DNA of 35,330 nt. Origin: Chrysochromulina tobinii. Lineage: Eukaryota. The position numbers and the translations under genes were made by a program. The notes beneath the pieces were generated by a model, which ran no database searches, was not told the DNA's origin, and was given only the letters and a program-made list of their open reading frames with translations. Shown piece after piece: positions 29,893-35,330 of the stretch. How positions within the stretch are numbered: the first letter of the stretch is position 1; each line of letters opens with the position of its first letter. The DNA is taken from NCBI GenBank assembly GCA_001275005.1, contig JWZX01002498.1, positions 1 through 35,330 of the forward strand, read 5' to 3'.

Positions 29893-32265
29893 CTACGCAG
29901 CCAGTGCCGCACCGTCAGGGTAGGCTGGCGCAGACGACGGTGCGCTCGGCGGCGAGGCCACGCTCCTCAGCTTGTGACTCAGCTTGCGGCGCCCTCCCAA
30001 GCTCTGGTCCGAATTTGGGGTCCCAGGGGGGGTCCAAGGCTGTGCGTCGTGGAATTGGGTCCGGGGGGGAGGCTCTGGGGCATCCCCGTCATTTCCGGGA
30101 GGGGTGCTTGGCTCGGCATCTTGGAAATCGTCGAGGGAGGCGAGCGAGGCGGAGGAGGAGGAGGCACGCGAGGCTCGTCGGGCCTCGTCGCACATCAGCC
30201 GTCGAGAGGACAGAGCGGAGAAACCACCGCCGCCGACGCCGCTGCCGAAGCCATCGCCGCCGCCCGCTCTGGCACCTGCGCCAATGCCAGCAGCCCTTCC
30301 GCTGTCCTCAATCGCCACGAACGCACGCCACCGATGAAGGCTCGCGAAGACGAGCGAGCGGGCCCAGTGGCGAGCCCACGAGCGCACAAGAACCGCACCA
30401 CACCAGTGGCCGAGCGCTCGCTGCTCCTCGCCCATCACGGCGCGCGTGCGGCGCAGCGCCCAGTGTGCCTGCACTAGGCGCTCCCGCCAAATGGCCTCGC
30501 CCTCGGCGGCAACGCTGCCCGCGGAAGCGCCGGAAGCGGCGGCGACGCCAGTAGCGGAAGCGCTGGAGGCGGCGGAGACAGTAGGGTTAGGGTTAGGGTT
30601 AGCGGTGGAGACGGTAGGGAGAGCAGGTGCGTTGAGTGCCTCTGATGACGTGCGTTGCATGCAAGCGCTCACCACGACGCCAGTAGCGGAGGCGTTGGAG
30701 ACAGTAGGGTGGCGGTTTGGCGGCGGCAGCCCCAGCGTAGTCGTTGCGCAACGGGCAGCGGCTTCAGCGGCGGCAACCTGCTGCTGCTGCGGCTGCGGCT
30801 GCTGCTGCTGCACGAACGCTCGCCACACCCGGCACGCGTCCTGCACTCTCCGCGCATCCCAGCACTGTCCGAGGGTGTTCAGCAGGCTGAGGGCATGGGC
30901 ATGGCTACGTGCCCGGGCATAGGCCGTCGCTCGATGGGTCGCGCGTCGACTGCCCTCGAGCGCCGCCACCACCAATGTCGAGTGCCAGCGGCGGAGGCAG
31001 TGACGTGTCGACCGCTCGTCAGACAGGCGGATGGCGCGGCGTAGCGTCTGGCGGCACCGCACCACACGTGCCGCATCGCCAGCCGCGAGCGCGTCGTCCT
31101 GAGCGCCACGGATGTGGCCGATGAGGGGCGCGTCGTCCTGGGCGCTACGGGGGTGGCCGATGAGGGGCGACGTGGTAGCATCGATGGCGGCGTGGGCATC
31201 ACGTGCCGCATCGGTGGCGGCGGCCGCCGCTTTGCATCCCTTCCTCCCGAGATCGTCCCTTCCTTCCGAGATTCCTCCCGAGATCGCCGCTTTGCATCCC
31301 TTCCTCCGAGCCCTCTCGAGATCATCCCGGAGGGTCTCGATGATCGGCTCAACCTCCCGAAGAGCTCCGACGGAGATCGGCTCAACCTCCCGAAGAGCTC
31401 CGACGGAGATCGGCTCAACCTCCCGAAGAGCTCCGACGGACGCCGCCTCCATGTGCGTCGCAATCACAGTGTCGTCAATCTCCCGAAGAGCTCCGACGGA
31501 CGCCGCCTCCATGTGCGTCGCAATCACAGTGTCGTCAATCTCCCGAAGAGCTCCGACGGACGCCGCCTCCGTGTGCGTCGCAATCACAGTGTCGTAGAGG
31601 GAGAGCAGCGCGCGCATGTCCGCCGCCGGCAGCTCCTCCGCTACCGCGCCGCCGCCGCCACCACCACCGCCGCCACCACTACCACTACCGTTGTCGCCAC
31701 CGCTGCCGCCACCGCCACCGCTGTCGCCACCGCCACCGCCACCAAGGGTGAGTGTGAGAGAGCGCAGAAGCGCCGGCTCGAGCACCGTCTCGGGCGCCGT
31801 CTCGGGCGCGTGCTCATGGGCCGCGAGCAGCGCCCGGAACGACGCGAGGGCGACGGCGCGCTGGTTGGCGCGGCAGCTTGCGGCCAGGAGCGTGGTGACC
31901 CCGGCGACCGGGGGCGTCCAGCCGGCGTCCACTATCTGTGTGAGGAGGGCGTGGGCCGCACCGACTGCGTCCGCGTTGGCCATCGAGAGTGCGGCGCGGC
32001 TTGTGAGGGTGAAGATAGCGCCGTACGCCGCCTCGCTCGGCGTGTAACCGTCGCGCTGGATCGCCGTGAAGAGCGACGTGGCACGCGACGTCATCGCCGC
32101 GGACGGCTCTGCGGCGAGCTTGACGACAAGGGCGCTGCGGTCGCCCGATGTTGCCTGGTGGCCGAGAGCGGTGAGCTCGTGCTCGAGGTTCAGGCACTGC
32201 TCAAGGGTGCCCTCGGCGAGACACGCGCGCAGCAGCTGCACTAAAGCATCGACGCCCAGGGAAGC

Positions 32266-32297
<32 letters not shown>

Positions 32298-32364
32298 CCG
32301 CGGGTGCCTTCATCGAGGGTTTCGCAAGTGTGGGGAGGGACTGTGGAATGTCCAGCGGCAGCAT
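29893..32364 (-). CDS. Hypothetical Ala-rich protein with N-terminal PPR-like helical repeats and in-frame tandem duplications
   Basis: Long ORF (29893-32478); ATSLFTAIQRDGYTPSEAAYGAIF and AHALLTQIVDAGWTPPVAGVTTLLAASCR resemble PPR motifs. First ATG is 32364; introns cannot be excluded. Confidence 0.55.
30582..30602 (+). repeat. Interstitial telomeric repeat (TTAGGG), about 3.5 units, inside an ORF
   Basis: tagggttagggttagggttag; translated as NPNPNP on the minus strand. Confidence 0.85.
31343..31595. repeat. In-frame coding tandem repeats: 33 bp x3 adjoining 60 bp x about 3
   Basis: Translate as (SVGALREVEPI)n and (DTVIATHMEAASVGALREID)n. Confidence 0.9.
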
Positions 32365-32519
32365 GCAACAAACTAAGTGGGGAGATAAGGGGGGAAGGGG
32401 GGGAGCGGTTTCATGCGAACGCAATGCGGCAACGCCATGCCTTGATGTCTGCCTGGATGTCCGGAAGCTTCGCATCACTCAGAATATGGGTTCACCATGT
32501 CCGTAGCAATGCGCAGCGA

Positions 32520-33120
32520 TCAGCTGACGCGCCACCGGCGTAGGATCGTCTGCGGCCCAACCTCGCACACGAGCTCGACCGCGAGCGCCGCCATGAGCTC
32601 CATGGGAGAGGACGGCGGTGGCGGCGCGGTCGAGGTGCTGCTGGCGCCGTCGCTGCCCGAGCCTTCGCTGCCGCCGCCGCCGCCGCCACGGACCCACGGT
32701 CGAGGCGCTGCTGGCGCCGTCTCCACCGCCGCCTCCGCCTCTGCCGCCGCCTCCGCCGCCACTGCGGCCGCTGCCGCCGACAACACCCCCACCGCCCAGC
32801 CGATTTGCGGCGCCACCGCCCCGACCTCCGACCGCACCCCCGGCGATGCCGTGCGCGGAGAGGTGGACACCGCCGTGGGCGCCGATGCCCCCGTCGCCAT
32901 TGGGCGGTGCCACAGAAACATTGGCAACGACCTCGGACTGCCCGCTCACCTCGGCCTCTTTGGCCGCCATGTCGAAGAGAGTACAAAGGTCCCCCCCCTG
33001 AGCAATTTCGAGCGTGACATGTTTCCCAACTCGGAATGTGATCTTCTCCCTTGCATCCCGCAGGCCGAGCACCGTGCGTCGAAACTGCTGCGTATTCGTC
33101 GTGCCCTCCTTGATCTCCAT
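32520..33120 (-). pseudogene. Possible frameshifted small gene or decayed element
   Basis: MEIKEGTTNTQQFRRTVLGLRDAREKITF..Gly-rich in one frame appears to continue as GGGGSEGSGSDGASSTSTAPPPPSSPMELMAALAVELVCEV in another, switching near a duplication (about 32627-32722). No family recognised. Confidence 0.3.
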
Positions 33121-33131
33121 CCTTGACAACT

Positions 33132-34293
33132 ATCCCGCCGTGCAGCTGCGAGCGGGCGCGGAAGAATGCCAGGGTGCCGTCGGTCGCGAGCGGCCGGGAT
33201 CTTGACGATGTGGTGCGCGCGCTCCGCCTCCAGCGCAGCAATGGCGGCCATGTAGTCGACTGGCGCCTTGCCTGTTGTCCAGCTTGGCAACAGGCACGAG
33301 GAGCGAGTCGTCCGGCCGGGATCTTGATGATCAAGTCGAAGATGCCGCTATGAGCTTGTTGAGCTTCGGGAGAGATGTCGCGGGCCGTTGTGGTAGATGT
33401 AGTTTTCTCCTCTTGCGATGCACATCGCGTTGTCTGCCCCAGGAGCCGCCCAAGCATCCAGCGGTTTGCAGCATCGCGGGTTTCCGCAGTGCCAGTTTCC
33501 CTTTGCAAGGGCGAAGAAGACGTCGACCTGTTGAGGCGGGCGCCGCCGCGTCCACCACGTTCAGGTTGTGGCAGAGGGAACGTCGACCTGTTGAGGCGGG
33601 CGCCGCCGCGTCCACCACGTTCAGGTTGTGGCAGAGGGTCAGCTCGCCGTTCGACTTGGTCTTGGGCCTCGGCGCTCCGAGCGCGATCTGGCCGGCCGGG
33701 GAGCACATAATGATCGCCGCCGCATTACGGCACCCCGAGCGTCTGTCCTCCTTGACCACGTAGCGGCCGATGTACTCCTCCTTGGAGGTGTCAATGTTGC
33801 GCTCCTTGTCGGCGAGATGCACATCGCGTTGTCTGCCCCAGGAGCCGCCCAAGCATCCAGCGGTTTGCAGCATCGCGGGTTTCCGCAGTGCCAGTTTCCC
33901 TTTGCAAGGGCGAAGAAGACGTCGACCTGTTGAGGCGGGGGTGGTGGGGGGAGGGTGTGCAAATGAGTCATCTGGAGTGAGTTTGTGAGTGACAGGGCAG
34001 GCAAGGTTGGGGCTGCACGTGCCTGTCCCATCGGGACCGAATTGACTGGTTGCCGGATATTCGCCGGACCGTGCCACCGGGGCAACTGGCACGTCTCGCC
34101 AGTCTGCGCTCGTTGCGGCTCAGTCCGCGGCGGCTGTTGGGCGCGTCGTGCGCATCCCGCCGTGCAGCTGCGAGCGGGCGCGGAAGAATGCCAGGGGTCG
34201 CGAGCGGCCGGGATCTTGACGATGTGGTGCGCGCGCTCCGCCTCCGGCGCAGCAATGGCGGCCATGTAGTCGACTGGCGCCTTGCCTGTTGTC
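33132..34293. repeat. Nested direct repeats A-B-C-C-B-A
   Basis: A: 33132-33279 vs 34154-34293 (8-nt indel); B: 33417-33540 vs 33816-33939; C: 60 bp x2 at about 33520-33638. Followed by (AACTTG)n at about 34334-34362. Confidence 0.88.
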
Positions 34294-34704
34294 TGGACCT
34301 CTGATGGCTCGATGGCCCCTTATTGAGGAAAATAACTTGAACTTGAACTTGAACTTGAACTTCTCCAACCAGCGCGCGCCGACGCTCCGCAATCAAGTTG
34401 TTTTCTGGGCAAGCGTGAAACAGCGCGTTTTTGTCGCAAGACCAAGAGCGCCGTAACCGTCTACATGTAACCGTTCCCTGAACCCCCTTTGCTGAGAGGA
34501 CTCGGGGCAAGAGGACAAGCACGAATGCAGTAGCCACTCTCCGACACGCGACCTACCGGAATTCTATGCACGTACCACTTCTGTCCAATTCATTGGGTAG
34601 GTATCGTCTGATTACCTGACTCATTTCGCGACGATTTTTTCCCAAAAAGGCGACTTCGGTTCTCTCGAAAACGATTAGGGTCGAGGTGGAGGGTGGACTG
34701 ATCG

Positions 34705-35330
34705 ATGCGCTCGTCGCGCTCGTCGCGCTCTTCCAGCAGCAGGAGGAGCAGCAGCAGCCACAGGTCACCTCGAGGTTCGAGCCCGGGTTCCTCGAGCTCG
34801 ACGCCCATCAGCTCGCGGCACCAGCCGGACGGCGTCAAAGCGCTGCAGGCGGCGCTGAGTGAGGCCGTCACCATCGCTGTCTTGCTGCGGCCCTCAGAGC
34901 AGGCCGCACACATCAGCGAATGCCTATACGCGCGGCTCAACAACCAGCCACTGCCGAGCGTGAAGCCATCGCGGCTACGATCGGGCACGATGAGCGCTGC
35001 CGACGTGCAAGCGCTCCAGGTTCAGCTCAAGAAGGCGCTGTCGCTCGCACGACGGCATGTCTGCCCGATGCGGTGCGCCGCCGAGTACTTTTGCCGGCAG
35101 GGTCTGCAAGAGTCGTTGGCAGCGCCATCAGCCGCTGCTGCCCTCGCTCCGGCAGCCGCTGCACCGGGGACCACGTCGTCACCAACACCGGTGTCACGCT
35201 TTCTGCGCGCCGCCGCCGCCGCCGCCGCCGCGCCCGCCGCGATGATGCCGGCGGCGCCGGCGGCGGCCGATCTGCAGGATGAGCTCGAGCGTGTGCGCGC
35301 CGAGCTCGAGGCGGCACAGGCGACACTGCA
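34705..35330 (+). CDS. 5' part of a hypothetical protein (Ser/Arg-rich N-terminus, possible Dpy-30/RIIa-like helix pair, coiled coil), truncated by the window edge
   Basis: Frame open from ATG 34705 to the window end: MRSSRSSR..LQAALSEAVTIAVLLRPSEQAAHISECL..DLQDELERVRAELEAAQATL. Absent from the ORF track because it has no stop in the window. Confidence 0.6.
   Translation, partial: MRSSRSSRSSSSRRSSSSHRSPRGSSPGSSSSTPISSRHQPDGVKALQAALSEAVTIAVLLRPSEQAAHISECLYARLNNQPLPSVKPSRLRSGTMSAADVQALQVQLKKALSLARRHVCPMRCAAEYFCRQGLQESLAAPSAAAALAPAAAAPGTTSSPTPVSRFLRAAAAAAAAPAAMMPAAPAAADLQDELERVRAELEAAQATL

Noticed and set aside
32492..34537. Several long overlapping minus-strand ORFs (404, 253, 208 and 189 aa)
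   Set aside because: Explained by GC richness and direct repeats; no recognisable domain or consistent frame.

Overview
GC-rich eukaryotic nuclear DNA with spliceosomal introns (GT-AG, some GC-AG); gene content and repeat-filled introns suggest a haptophyte-like alga (inference only). About 12 protein-coding genes are supportable: a FAM227/FWWh-like gene, an ankyrin protein, a large EF-hand plus HET-like gene, a GT47-like protein, a 2OG-Fe(II) oxygenase, a USP48/UBP26-like deubiquitinase, a PAN/apple protein, a Rubisco-LSMT-like SET protein, a Tat-SF1-like RRM protein, a TruA-family pseudouridine synthase, a PPR-like protein, and a gene running off the right edge. The standout is a minus-strand gene (25689-29466) that splices into U-box + dynamin/Mx-like GTPase + ARM + seven WD40 repeats. 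Each WD40 repeat is its own phase-1 exon paired with a near-identical 60-67 nt intron, the units are mosaic, and variation is concentrated at predicted ligand-binding positions, so it is a candidate diversifying innate-immune receptor. The second theme is a class of introns made of a duplication of adjacent exon sequence plus reiterated TGAT-core repeats ending in a shared CCCTCATCAG-like acceptor; the same motifs and TTAGGG repeats also occur as in-frame antisense insertions in exons. All gene models were read by eye and need RNA-seq confirmation.
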